64,000 nucleotides of DNA. Origin: an uncultured Lachnospiraceae bacterium (GTDB lineage: Bacteria; Bacillota; Clostridia; Christensenellales; UBA1242). The notes beneath the pieces were generated by a model. It made no database searches. It was not told where the DNA came from and saw nothing but the letters and a program-made list of their open reading frames with translations. This document shows positions 19,232 through 29,557 of this stretch, one piece after another (position 1 is the first letter of the stretch; every line of letters begins with the position of its first letter). A program made the position numbers and the translations under genes. The DNA lies in contig CAZYDU010000003.1 of assembly GCA_964646345.1 (NCBI GenBank), forward strand, positions 25,310 through 89,309. The letters are read 5' to 3'.

Positions 19232-21673
19232 TTAATTATTTCCTGTTTGTTTTCTTGGTCTACCTTTTGGGCGTTTTGGTCTGTTTGCAAGTTCTGGGTC
19301 AATAGGTTTTCTTGGCCTACCCCTTGGGAGCTTTGGTTTGTTTGCCAGCTCCGGGTCAATAGGTTTTCTTGGCCTGCCCCTTGGAAGCTTTGGCTTGTTT
19401 GCCAGCTCCGGGTCAATAGGTTTTCTTGGCCTGCCCCTTGGAAGCTTTGGCTTATTTGCTAGTTCCGGGTCAATAGGTTTTCTTGGTCTGCCACGTTTTG
19501 CCTTTTTTATATTATCTGATTTCTCAGCTAGCTCCAATTCAATATCAGTAACTTCATTTAACACTTCGTTATTTTGAGAAGGTTCATTGTTTAAATTTAC
19601 ATCTTCGTTAATTTCTGTTTTGTTGTCATCTAATTTGATAGAAAATTGTTCTGGCACAAATTTTTTATTCATATCATCTTGTGAAAACAAATCTTTTCCT
19701 TCTGTCTTTGATTCAATAATTTTTGTTACAACATTTTTTGCTTCAATGGCTGAAACATTTCTATGACCTTGTTCTTCTTCTAATGATTCAAATTTAGATG
19801 AAATGGTAAGTGAATAATCTTTCTTTTTGAAGTATACCGCTGAGTTTGGCTCTAATGTTAACTCAATAGAGTTTTCAAAACCATTGATTCGAACAGCATA
19901 ACTTTCGATTGTTCCATAATGTCTGCCATTTCCACCAAATTTTGATGAGTTAGAGCAAAGTATTTCTTCATATCTACCTGCATCAACACCAACACGATAA
20001 TGTTCATGACGAACTGGTGAAAAGTTTGCAATAACAACAATGGACTCACCTTTTTTATTTTTCCTTTCAAAAGCTACAACATTATTCGTGCTATCGTCAG
20101 GTGTAAGCCATCTGAAACCTTCCCATGAGTAATCGATTTCATAAAATTCACTATTATCTTTATATAAATGATTAAGTGCTTTTGTAAAAGCGTACATTTT
20201 GTTGTGTTTTTCGTATTCAAGAAGCATAAAATCAATACCTTTTGAATTATTCCATTCATCAAACTGAGCAAATTCCGTTCCCATGAATGTAAGTTTTTTA
20301 CCTGGGTGGGCATACATATACATTAAAAATGTTCTCATCAAGTCAAATTTTTGATTGTATTCGCCAAACATTTTATTTAATAATGACTTTTTGCCATAAA
20401 CAACTTCGTCATGCGAAATTGGCAAAATAAAGTTTTCCGAAAATGCATAGAACATTGAAAAAGTTAGTTTTGAGTGATTATCTTTTCTAAAGAACGGGTC
20501 TAATTCGACATAAGAAAGTGTATCGTTCATCCAACCCATATTCCATTTATAGTTAAATCCAAGACCACCAATATAGCCTGGTTTTGTAACCATTGGCCAT
20601 GCGGTTGATTCTTCTGCAATCATAAGAGCGGTTGGTGTTTCTGTTAAAACAACCGAATTGAGTTTTCTTAAAAATTCAATAGCTTCAATATTTTTATTGT
20701 CGCCATATTGATTTGCAACCCACTCACCTTCTTTTTTATCATAATCAAGATAAAGCATTGAACTAACAGCGTCTAGTCTAAAACCATCAACGTGGTATTT
20801 ATCAATAAAGAATGTTGCAGAACTAATTAAGAATGATTGAACTTCTGGTTTGCCGTAGTCAAATCTGCGAGTACCCCAGGTTTTGTGTTCCATTCTATCC
20901 CAGCCTTGGTTTTCGTATAAATATCCGCCGTCCCATTCAACAAGACCATGCTCATCTTTTGGGAAATGTGCAGGAACCCAGTCAAGAATAATTGAAATAT
21001 CATTTTCATGACATTTATTAACAAAATATCTAAAATCATCAGGTGTTCCAAATCTGCTTGTCACTGAAAAGTAACCCGTAACCTGATAACCCCAACTTCC
21101 TTCATATGGATACTCAGTAAGTGGCATACACTCAATGTGTGTATAACCCATATCTTTAACATAAGGCACAAGTTCATCGGCAAGCTCTCTGTAAGAATAA
21201 TTTGAACCATCTTCATGCTTTTTCCAAGAGCTGAAATTTACTTCATAAACATTCATTGGTTTTTCAAAGTGGTTTTCTTTTTTCTTTTGCTCAAAGTACT
21301 CTTTATCCGTCCAATCAAAGTCTGAAAACTCGTATACTTTAGATGCGGTTGAACCATTAGTTTCGCTATGTACAGCATAAGGGTCAGCCTTAAAAAGTGT
21401 TCTATCATCTGCTGAAATGATTTGATATTTGTAGTTATCAAATTGTTTAACGCTTGGCACAAATACTTCCCAAATTGAGCTATTTTCTATTTTAGTAAGT
21501 TTATTTGTTTCACTATTCCAACCATTAAAGTCACCAACAACACTGATAGCTTTTGCGTTTGGAGACCAAACTCTAAACCACGCACCACCATTTTCTGGAT
21601 GACAACCCAAAAGATTGTATGCATGATAGTATGTGCCTTGATGAAATAAATAAATTTCCTTCGATTTTTCCAT
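19232..21673 (-). CDS. glgB: 1,4-alpha-glucan branching enzyme with a ~190-aa C-terminal extension carrying five AT-hook-like RGRPRK repeats
   Basis: GH13_9 core (DGFRLDAV, EESTAWP, ISHDEV) ends near aa 625. An acidic linker follows, then KRGRPRKPIDPELANKPKLP RGRPRKPIDPELANKPKLP ... KGRPRKQTGNN. Confidence 0.9.
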   Translation of the reverse strand: MEKSKEIYLFHQGTYYHAYNLLGCHPENGGAWFRVWSPNAKAISVVGDFNGWNSETNKLTKIENSSIWEVFVPSVKQFDNYKYQIISADDRTLFKADPYAVHSETNGSTASKVYEFSDFDWTDKEYFEQKKKENHFEKPMNVYEVNFSSWKKHEDGSNYSYRELADELVPYVKDMGYTHIECMPLTEYPYEGSWGYQVTGYFSVTSRFGTPDDFRYFVNKCHENDISIILDWVPAHFPKDEHGLVEWDGGYLYENQGWDRMEHKTWGTRRFDYGKPEVQSFLISSATFFIDKYHVDGFRLDAVSSMLYLDYDKKEGEWVANQYGDNKNIEAIEFLRKLNSVVLTETPTALMIAEESTAWPMVTKPGYIGGLGFNYKWNMGWMNDTLSYVELDPFFRKDNHSKLTFSMFYAFSENFILPISHDEVVYGKKSLLNKMFGEYNQKFDLMRTFLMYMYAHPGKKLTFMGTEFAQFDEWNNSKGIDFMLLEYEKHNKMYAFTKALNHLYKDNSEFYEIDYSWEGFRWLTPDDSTNNVVAFERKNKKGESIVVIANFSPVRHEHYRVGVDAGRYEEILCSNSSKFGGNGRHYGTIESYAVRINGFENSIELTLEPNSAVYFKKKDYSLTISSKFESLEEEQGHRNVSAIEAKNVVTKIIESKTEGKDLFSQDDMNKKFVPEQFSIKLDDNKTEINEDVNLNNEPSQNNEVLNEVTDIELELAEKSDNIKKAKRGRPRKPIDPELANKPKLPRGRPRKPIDPELANKPKLPRGRPRKPIDPELANKPKLPRGRPRKPIDPELANRPKRPKGRPRKQTGNN
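19237..19505. repeat. 57-bp tandem repeat array (about 4.7 units) encoding the AT-hook repeats
   Basis: Units start at 19294, 19351, 19408 and 19465, differ by only a few bases, and are flanked by degenerate copies. Confidence 0.9.
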
Positions 21674-21684
21674 TATTTTTTCCT

Positions 21685-23127
21685 TTATCTATTTTTTAAT
21701 TTTATTAATTTTTTGAGATACTTATTATATTCAGATTGTCTATAATTTGGGTCTAATTTATAAATCCAATTACCTTTGTTTGTTCCAGGTGTGTTTATTC
21801 TAAATTCGCTACCTTGAAACAATATATCTTGCATTGAAAGAATGCATACGTTTGAATTTGTAGATAATAAATCTTCTATCGCAATTTTTGTTACAATTTC
21901 ACTTGATGAGTTTTTTGATATTCCAAAATACTCACAGAATTTTTCCTTTTGGTCGGCATTATTTAAAAATCCAACAAATGTATCGTTATCATGTGTTCCA
22001 AGATATGCTACACTATTTTTTTCATAATCATGTGGAAGATGTGTGTTTTTTGTATTGCCGTCAAATGCAAATTGCATAACTTTCATACCGGCAAGACCTG
22101 TTCTTCTTCTTAAAGCTCTTGCTGAATACGAAAACTCACCAAGGTCTTCTAGAATTAAATTCTTTATACCATTAGCATAAAACGCTTCAAAAATATCCAT
22201 TCCTGGACCTTTCATCCAAGCACCATTTTTTACAGTCTGTTCTTTGTATGGTATTGCAAAAAATGATTCGAATCCCCTAAAATGGTCAATACGAATAAAA
22301 TCATACCATTTTGAAAGATGTTTAAGCCTTCTTACCCACCAATCATATTTCGTCTTTTTCATATAGTTATAATCGTAAAGCGGATTATTCCAAATTTGAC
22401 CTTCAGGATTGAAATAGTCGCCAGGAACACCAGAAATATAGGTTGGTTCGCTACTTTCATTTAAAAGAAAGTTTTTCTTACTCGAATACATATCAACACT
22501 ATCCATTGAGCAATAGATTGGAACATCTCCAATTATCAAAATTCCTTTTCGATTTGCATAAGATTTTAGTTCTTGCCATTGACTAAAGAAAAGATATTGC
22601 AAAAAAATGTAATACACTATTTCTTCTGAGTGAGATTTGATAAATTCAATGGTTTCTTTTGATTCTGTATCTTTATATTCACTTGGAAATTTTGTAAAAC
22701 CAACACCCAATTCTTCTTTTAAAACCATATAAACAGCATAGTCATATATCCATTTATCATTTTCTTCAATAAATCTGTCTATATCGGTTTTATAATAAAG
22801 TTTTGAAAAAACAAATCTTAAAGCTTTTTGTTTTTTTGTTCTGTATTCTTCAAAAGAAAGGTCATTGGATAATCCAAAAAATTCAATTTCATCTTTTGTT
22901 AAGAATTTTTCAATATCAATATAAAGTGGCTCCCCAGCAAAAGCTGAAACACTACTATAAGGAGAACCTGCACCATCAACAATGCCAAGTGGTAAGATTT
23001 GCCAATATTTCATGCCGAGTTCATGCAAATAATCAACAAATTCAAAAGCTTCGGCAGACAAACACCCAAAACCATATTTGTTTGGAATTGACGAAACTGG
23101 CAATAAAACACCGCAACCTCTTTCCAT
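21685..23127 (-). CDS. malQ: 4-alpha-glucanotransferase (amylomaltase, GH77)
   Basis: 480 aa with GVLLPVSSIP, IIGDVPIY, IRIDHFRGF and YLGTHDNDT motifs. Confidence 0.9.
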   Translation of the reverse strand: MERGCGVLLPVSSIPNKYGFGCLSAEAFEFVDYLHELGMKYWQILPLGIVDGAGSPYSSVSAFAGEPLYIDIEKFLTKDEIEFFGLSNDLSFEEYRTKKQKALRFVFSKLYYKTDIDRFIEENDKWIYDYAVYMVLKEELGVGFTKFPSEYKDTESKETIEFIKSHSEEIVYYIFLQYLFFSQWQELKSYANRKGILIIGDVPIYCSMDSVDMYSSKKNFLLNESSEPTYISGVPGDYFNPEGQIWNNPLYDYNYMKKTKYDWWVRRLKHLSKWYDFIRIDHFRGFESFFAIPYKEQTVKNGAWMKGPGMDIFEAFYANGIKNLILEDLGEFSYSARALRRRTGLAGMKVMQFAFDGNTKNTHLPHDYEKNSVAYLGTHDNDTFVGFLNNADQKEKFCEYFGISKNSSSEIVTKIAIEDLLSTNSNVCILSMQDILFQGSEFRINTPGTNKGNWIYKLDPNYRQSEYNKYLKKLIKLKNR

Positions 23128-23303
23128 TTTTTCTCCTTTTTTCTTATTATTTTTACTTTTTTATTTTACAATATTTTTGGGTTTATGTAAAATCATTTTT
23201 GATAATTAAATTATATTTTATAAATATTTTTTTAATGATTAAAAAATAATTAAAAATTGTTACAAATTCACTAAATTTTTAGTTGACAGGTTAATAAAAT
23301 TTC

Positions 23304-23339
23304 GCAAAAAAGAAGGAAGATACTAAATTCTTCCTTCTT
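23304..23339 (-). terminator. Intrinsic terminator of leuS
   Basis: agaaggaag / cttccttct stem followed by a U-run on the minus strand. Confidence 0.8.
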
Positions 23340-23343
23340 GTTT

Positions 23344-25755
23344 TTATTTTACTATAATATTCAAAATTTTCTTTGGAACATAAATTGTTTTAACAATATT
23401 ACCTTCTAAATATTTTGAAATTTCGTCACTTGATTTTGCAATATCAATAATCTGTTCTTGGGTTGCATCAGCTGGAACTAATATAACTCCACGCATTTTT
23501 CCGTTAACTTGAACAGGTATTTCAATCTCGTTTAAGACCAGTGCTTTTTCGTCAGCGACTGGCCAATTTTCGCCTTCGATATTTTTTCCGTAACCCATTG
23601 TTTCAAATAACTCATTTGCAATATGTGGTGCAAATGGGCTTATTAATAACAAAAGTTTTTTGTATTCGTCATTTGTTAATTTGTTTGCTTTGTAAATTTC
23701 ATTAACTAAAATCATGATTGCTGAAATTGCAGTGTTAAACTTGGTGTTATCAATATCATAAGTAACTTTTTTGATGGTTGAGTTTAAAATAAATTTAAGT
23801 TCTTCAGTCTCGCCATGACCATTAACCAATTCTTGCAAATTCCAAATACGAGTTAAAAGTTTGTTGCAAGCTTTCAAACCTTCTTCAGACCAAGTTGCTT
23901 TTTCAGAATACTCGCCAATAAAGCTCATCCAAACACGGAGTGAATCTGCACCATATCTATCAATCATTATTCTTGGGTCAATGCCATTGCCTGCAGATTT
24001 ACTCATTTTTTTGCCATCAGCACCCAAAATTAAACCTTGAGAAATTCTCTTTTTGAAAGGTTCGTCAACTGGAACAAGACCTAAATCATAAAGCACTTTT
24101 ACCCAAAATCTTGCGTACAATAAATGTCTTGTTGTGTGTTCATTTCCACCATTATACAAAGTTACTGGAAGCCAAGCCTTGAGTGCTTCTTTGCTAGCAA
24201 ACTCTTTGTCGTTGTGTGGGTCGCAATATCTTAAGAAATACCACGATGAACCAGCCCAGCCTGGCATTGTATCGGTTTCACGTTTTGCTTTTCCACCGCA
24301 ACAAGGACAAGTTGTGTTTACCCAATCAGAAATAAGTGAAAGTGGACTTTCGCCATCTTTTGTTGGTTCATAAGAATCAACTTTTGGAAGTACTATTGGT
24401 AAATTTTCTTCTTTTTCTGGTTGCCAACCGCACTTTTCACAGAAAATCATAGGTATTGGTTCGCCCCAATATCTTTGACGTGAGAAAATCCAATCACGCA
24501 TTTTGAAATTAAGTTTCTTTCTAGCCACGCCCATTTTTACAAGTTTATCTGTGATTGCAACTTTGGCTTGTTCAACAGTTAGACCTGTAAATTCTTCAGA
24601 ATTGATAAGCTTAATTCCTTTTCCAAGATAATCAAATTTTTCAAGAGCTTTTTCTTGAGTATCGCCTTCGATTACTTGAATTTTTGGAATACCGAACTTA
24701 TCAGCAAACTCATAATCTCTTTGGTCGTGAGTTGGAACAGCCATAACAGCACCCGTACCATAACCAACCAAAACAAAGTCGCCAATATAAACATCAACTT
24801 CTCTGCCGTTTACAGGGTTAATAGCAGTTATACCTTCAAGTTTGCAACCTGACTTATCTTTATTCATTTCAGTTCTGTCAAACTCACTCTTCTTAGCTGT
24901 GTCTTTTCTATATTTTTCAACTTCGTCCCAGTTCTTAATTTTATCTTTCAAACTATCAACAATTTTATTTTCTGGTGCTAAAACCATAAAGGTTATACCA
25001 TAAATTGTTTCTATACAAGTTGTAAAAATAGAGAATTTGCCACCTTGTTTGATTTCAAAATCAACTTCTACACCCTCACTTTTTCCAATCCAATTAAGTT
25101 GGCTTAATTTGATATGGTCAAGATATTCGGTTTTGTTTAAATCATCTGCGAGACGTTCGCCATATTTGGTCATTTTCAAAACCCATTGAGCTTTTGCTTT
25201 TTGAGTTGTTTCAGCATGACATTGACAGCAAGTTCCGTCTTCAACTTCTTCATTAGCCAAAACTCCGCAATTTGGACACCAGTTGACAGTTGTTTCTTGC
25301 TTTTCTGCTAAACCCTTTTTATAGAATTGTATAAATTGCCATTGTGTCCATTTATAATAACTTTCATCGCAAGAGTTAATGGTTCTATCCCAATCAAATG
25401 AAAGACCAATGCCTTTTAATTGAGAATGGAAAGTTGCAATATTTCTAGCAACAATTTCCTGTGGAAGTTTGTGCTCACGAATAGCGGTTCTTTCAGCTTC
25501 AAGACCAAAGGCATCAGTTCCAAAAGGAAACATTACATTTTTACCACAGAGTCGTTCTTTTCTTGCAAAAGCATCAATCGCTGTGTAACTTCTGCAATGA
25601 CCAAGATGCAAACCAATACCGCTTGGATAAGGAAACTCTATTAAAATATATTCATTTTCCTTGCCAGGTTCATGATTCTTTACACTATAAGTATGGTCAT
25701 CTTCCCAAATTTTTTGCCATTTCTTTTCTATCTTTAGTGGATTATAATGTAACAT
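23344..25755 (-). CDS. leuS: Leucine--tRNA ligase
   Basis: 803 aa with the HIGH-type motif HLGHCRSY and an exact KMSKS. Confidence 0.95.
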   Translation of the reverse strand: MLHYNPLKIEKKWQKIWEDDHTYSVKNHEPGKENEYILIEFPYPSGIGLHLGHCRSYTAIDAFARKERLCGKNVMFPFGTDAFGLEAERTAIREHKLPQEIVARNIATFHSQLKGIGLSFDWDRTINSCDESYYKWTQWQFIQFYKKGLAEKQETTVNWCPNCGVLANEEVEDGTCCQCHAETTQKAKAQWVLKMTKYGERLADDLNKTEYLDHIKLSQLNWIGKSEGVEVDFEIKQGGKFSIFTTCIETIYGITFMVLAPENKIVDSLKDKIKNWDEVEKYRKDTAKKSEFDRTEMNKDKSGCKLEGITAINPVNGREVDVYIGDFVLVGYGTGAVMAVPTHDQRDYEFADKFGIPKIQVIEGDTQEKALEKFDYLGKGIKLINSEEFTGLTVEQAKVAITDKLVKMGVARKKLNFKMRDWIFSRQRYWGEPIPMIFCEKCGWQPEKEENLPIVLPKVDSYEPTKDGESPLSLISDWVNTTCPCCGGKAKRETDTMPGWAGSSWYFLRYCDPHNDKEFASKEALKAWLPVTLYNGGNEHTTRHLLYARFWVKVLYDLGLVPVDEPFKKRISQGLILGADGKKMSKSAGNGIDPRIMIDRYGADSLRVWMSFIGEYSEKATWSEEGLKACNKLLTRIWNLQELVNGHGETEELKFILNSTIKKVTYDIDNTKFNTAISAIMILVNEIYKANKLTNDEYKKLLLLISPFAPHIANELFETMGYGKNIEGENWPVADEKALVLNEIEIPVQVNGKMRGVILVPADATQEQIIDIAKSSDEISKYLEGNIVKTIYVPKKILNIIVK

Positions 25756-25829
25756 AAACGTTCTCCTTTAATTTAATGCGTTTATAATAACACTTTTTTC
25801 TCGATTTAACAATGATTTTTTAATATTTT

Positions 25830-27086
25830 TTAATTTTCCCTTTTTACAATTACTCCACGAGTTGGATTATATTTATTTTCTCTAATCAATTTTCTTTGCA
25901 CAAGTTCGCCTTTTTGATTATAGTAATTTAGATAACCCCTTGATGTAAAACCATCTTTTGAATAACTTATTCGTTTTTCTTCGCCAATGTTTAAATTATA
26001 ATCTCCAAATTTTAAATAATCTTTTTCAATTATATCTGGCTCTGCTGATATTATTGATAACTTTTCACTTTGCCTTGTGATTTTGTATTTGTTCTTTAAT
26101 CCAAAAATTTTTATTTTGCATGTGTCATTTTCACTGCTGGTTGTGATTATTATTTTTCCACCAGAGTTATTTCGCACTTTTAAGTCTGAAGAACCGAAAC
26201 TTACCATTGCATCAAAACTTGGCTCAACATAAGACACTGGCAAACTGTGACTTGTTGATTCTATTATTTCTAAATCCGAAAGCAAACAAGCATTGAAAAG
26301 TGTTGTTGAAACTTGGCATACACCACCACCATATCCAATAGCAAATGTTCCATTTGATATTATTTTGGCTTGCTTATAGCCAGTTGATTCATTTCTTTCG
26401 CCCGTAATTTTATTAAAACTAAAAATTTCCCCTTCTTCTATAACTAATCCATCAAGGGACTTAAGTGCAAGCTTTATATTATTTTTTCTCTCGGCTGAAC
26501 TAGATGAAAAATTTGTCGAGAAACAACTTTTTTCACAAAACAATTCACTAGCGCTTTTTTTATTTTTATAATCTAAAATTTCCAACTTTACATTTATGTC
26601 TTTTATATTTTGTTTTACCTGTAAAAAAATGTCACTATAAAACTTTGTACGATTAATATTAACCCCGTTGTTGCCTTTACAAAATTTAAGCTTGCATTTG
26701 TTGGGTATCACAAAAACTCCATCTTCGGTTTCTTGCATATCAAATTTTTGAGAAAGTCTTTCATAAATCTCAATTACTTCAGGAAAAATATAATTAACAA
26801 TTTCTTCTATTGAAAAATTCATTTTCTCAAGTTTCGAAATTATGTTTACATTGTGATAATTTTCTTTTTGTGTTTTGCTAAAAATTAACTTAAAATCGCT
26901 ATCTTTATAATTATAAGTTTTATCATTATATAAAAATGTATAACTATATTGGCTATTTTCAGCATAAGCATTTTGTTTGCTAAGGTTAGGAAAATTACAT
27001 AAACAAAATAAAAAGAGCATGAAAATTATTTTTAAATTTTTCATACTCTTAATATTTGCTAATTTGTCATATTTTATCAAAAACAA
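25830..27086 (-). CDS. VanW-family protein (secreted or membrane-anchored)
   Basis: VanW domain motif GYGGGVCQVSTTLFNA. An alternative start at 27044 (MKNLKIIFMLFLF..., signal-like) is possible. Confidence 0.75.
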   Translation of the reverse strand: MFLIKYDKLANIKSMKNLKIIFMLFLFCLCNFPNLSKQNAYAENSQYSYTFLYNDKTYNYKDSDFKLIFSKTQKENYHNVNIISKLEKMNFSIEEIVNYIFPEVIEIYERLSQKFDMQETEDGVFVIPNKCKLKFCKGNNGVNINRTKFYSDIFLQVKQNIKDINVKLEILDYKNKKSASELFCEKSCFSTNFSSSSAERKNNIKLALKSLDGLVIEEGEIFSFNKITGERNESTGYKQAKIISNGTFAIGYGGGVCQVSTTLFNACLLSDLEIIESTSHSLPVSYVEPSFDAMVSFGSSDLKVRNNSGGKIIITTSSENDTCKIKIFGLKNKYKITRQSEKLSIISAEPDIIEKDYLKFGDYNLNIGEEKRISYSKDGFTSRGYLNYYNQKGELVQRKLIRENKYNPTRGVIVKREN

Positions 27087-27141
27087 TATTTTGATATTAA
27101 AATGATAGAAATTGTAAAACTAATTAAAGAAATAGTAATCA

Positions 27142-28536
27142 TTAATCATCTAAATAAAATCCACGTTTTGAATTTATCATCTTTTTCATAACAAGCAAGA
27201 GTTCTTTTTTGTTATTCTTCCTTGGATTTAAAACTGCCCATTCAAGCAAACTATCAAGCAAAACGTCAATATTTTCAATATTAATTTGTGGGCAATTTTT
27301 TATTACATCATCGCCATTTATTTCCAAATCTCTAAGTTCAAATGGAGTTTTTTCTTTAATCATTTGATTGTAAGTATTTCTCAAAATTTCAGCTGACCTG
27401 TTTTTTTTGCCATAACCAGTTGTTTCATTATAAATAACGGTTTTTATTTCAATTATATTTTCAATAACAACTCTATTGTTAAAAATAAATTTTCTAACTG
27501 TGTTTTTTGGAGCAAGACAATATTTATTAAAATCGTAACCCAAAATAGTTCTGATTACATTTTCAACAACATGTTTTGGATAACCCAAACCATTTATGCC
27601 CAAGTTTTTTTCAACAATAACTCTAACAAAATCTTTTGAACCAAAAATACTTTTTGATTCTTCAATTACTTTTACTTTTGCCGAATCATGCAACAAAACA
27701 GCTAGACGAATGCTTGGAGAAGAATTTTTTAAAGTATTTAAAATATGGTCGTAAATTTTTTCGCCTTTCTTGTCACAAACTTTAGATTTTTGAATATCTG
27801 CCATTGCTGGTAATATTTCATTCCAAACACCAAGTTCCCCAATTAAAACCATGGCTCTAAAATGTGCATCTTTTGTATACAATAAATCAGGATAAATTTG
27901 GTCAGCTGTTAAAAGTTTTTCAAACTCATTTTTTAATCTAAATTTAGACATATAATGAATTTTGTATGCATTTTGTTTTGCATAAAACCATTCTTCTTCC
28001 GGAATAGTTAACCCTAAGCTACAAGCAAATCTAACAAATCTCAAAATTCTTTCAGGGTCATCATTAAATACAATTTTTGGAACTTTTACTGTTGTGATTT
28101 TTTTATCCTTCAAATCTTCAATACCACCCAATGGGTCAATAAATGATGAATTTTGAATATCATAGTAAATTGCATTAATTCTAAAATCACGGCGTCTTGC
28201 ATCTTCTTCTAGCTGGTCAATAAATTCAATAGATGTTGGGCTGTGAGATTCATCTTCATAAATTTCACGTCTAAAGGTAGCGTATTCATATCTACGTTTA
28301 CCACTTATTTCCATAACACCAAATTTTTCATTTAAAGAAGATACACTAAATTTTGTACCGTCAAGCATTTCTCTCAATTCATCAGGTTTAACTGAAGAAC
28401 AAAGGTCAATATCATCTCTAATTAAGCTTTGTATTCCTAAATAAGAATCTCTAACATAACCACCAACAATATAAAGTGGTTTATTATTATCTCTAAAGAT
28501 TTCAGAAAGTTCTTTAAGTTCTGCTGAAATTTTCAT
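27142..28536 (-). CDS. cca: CCA-adding tRNA nucleotidyltransferase / poly(A) polymerase family with HD domain
   Basis: GGYVRDSYLG...DDIDL head motif, RRDFRINA, and HD region LLHDSAK. Confidence 0.8.
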   Translation of the reverse strand: MKISAELKELSEIFRDNNKPLYIVGGYVRDSYLGIQSLIRDDIDLCSSVKPDELREMLDGTKFSVSSLNEKFGVMEISGKRRYEYATFRREIYEDESHSPTSIEFIDQLEEDARRRDFRINAIYYDIQNSSFIDPLGGIEDLKDKKITTVKVPKIVFNDDPERILRFVRFACSLGLTIPEEEWFYAKQNAYKIHYMSKFRLKNEFEKLLTADQIYPDLLYTKDAHFRAMVLIGELGVWNEILPAMADIQKSKVCDKKGEKIYDHILNTLKNSSPSIRLAVLLHDSAKVKVIEESKSIFGSKDFVRVIVEKNLGINGLGYPKHVVENVIRTILGYDFNKYCLAPKNTVRKFIFNNRVVIENIIEIKTVIYNETTGYGKKNRSAEILRNTYNQMIKEKTPFELRDLEINGDDVIKNCPQINIENIDVLLDSLLEWAVLNPRKNNKKELLLVMKKMINSKRGFYLDD

Positions 28537-28671
28537 TTTATTCTCCTTAGATTACATTTTACTACATAATATTAACACAAAAACTAAGTTTATCAAACCA
28601 TTTTTTATTATCAAACGTAATTTTTTTGTAAATTATTACATATTTTTAATTTATTTATAAACACTAAAAGT

Positions 28672-29349
28672 ATGAAAAAACTAATTTTATGTTTTTGTGG
28701 TTTTATGTTATTGTTTTTTGTTTCTTGCAAAAATATACCTATTCAAGATAATCCACCCGATTTAGAAAATCAAGTTGCACACGAATTAATGATAAGAGAT
28801 AAAAATTACTCAGATGAAACACTAAAAGCAATGTCGGTTATTATTCGAACTAATTTATCTATTAATTCACCTACTAAAAGCAATTTTGGGGCTAGTGAAA
28901 AATATTTAAAGTTAACAAATCAAACAAAAGGACAAGTTTTAAAAAATAATCAAAATAATATTGTTGAAATTTCATTTGAAAATTCGGATAATTATAAATG
29001 GCAAAAATCAATTAAAAAAAGTGAGATTTTAAAATACGCTTTAAAAAATAATATTTCGCTTACAACTCTATCGAAAATTAATCCAGACATAAAAGACGGA
29101 GTTGTTATGGGCTTAGAAATTGGCAATAAATACTTTAATTATGAAGAATTAGCAAAAGAATTTAATCTTGAATCAAATATTATAGAAAATATCACACAAA
29201 ATAAAAATGAAATTATATTAAGCGGAAAAAATAAGGGATTTAATGGATATTTTAATATAGAAAAATGCGAACAATTATCAAATAATAATTATTTTTATCA
29301 GGATATTTTAGGGTATTTTTTCGAGAATTTAACAGTTATTAAAAATTAA
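28672..29349 (+). CDS. Lipoprotein, weakly SpoIID/LytB-like (short, divergent)
   Basis: Signal peptide plus lipobox (LLFFVSC). ETLKAMSVIIRTN and TKGQVL resemble N-terminal SpoIID motifs, but this is a weak call. Confidence 0.4.
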   Translation: MKKLILCFCGFMLLFFVSCKNIPIQDNPPDLENQVAHELMIRDKNYSDETLKAMSVIIRTNLSINSPTKSNFGASEKYLKLTNQTKGQVLKNNQNNIVEISFENSDNYKWQKSIKKSEILKYALKNNISLTTLSKINPDIKDGVVMGLEIGNKYFNYEELAKEFNLESNIIENITQNKNEIILSGKNKGFNGYFNIEKCEQLSNNNYFYQDILGYFFENLTVIKN

Positions 29350-29509
29350 TGTTAAAAAATGTTAAAAATTAACAAAAAAATCTTAAAAAATTAGAGTTAT
29401 TATTAACAATGTTTTCTTTAATTTATAAGCATTTAGGCGACTTATTAACATATTAACAAAGCTTATTATTAATATAATTCTTAAAAAATATAAATTATCT
29501 TGTTAAAAA

Positions 29510-29553
29510 TCAAAAAATAAAAAATCTCCTAAGTTTATTTTCTTAAGAGATTT
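29510..29553 (-). terminator. Intrinsic terminator of the ABC exporter operon
   Basis: aaatctcttaag / cttaggagattt stem (one G-U pair) plus a U-run on the minus strand. Confidence 0.7.
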
Positions 29554-29557
29554 ATTT

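Noticed and set aside
19192-19577. ORF-track ORFs 19192-19416 (-), 19247-19462 (+) and 19338-19577 (+), which have internally repetitive translations
   Set aside because: They are alternative-frame or antisense readings of the 57-bp tandem repeat inside glgB. The glgB frame is continuous with a long, recognisable enzyme and explains the repeat.
25756-25829. Looked for a T-box leader upstream of leuS
   Set aside because: Only about 75 nt separate the leuS start from the preceding gene. That is far too short for a T-box riboswitch (about 200+ nt), and no specifier or T-box sequence is visible.
29350-29557. Several TTATTAACA / ATTAACA-like boxes in the intergenic region after the lipoprotein gene
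   Set aside because: The motif is low-complexity in a roughly 15% GC spacer, with no regular spacing or dyad symmetry. It cannot be distinguished from AT-rich background without genome-wide statistics.
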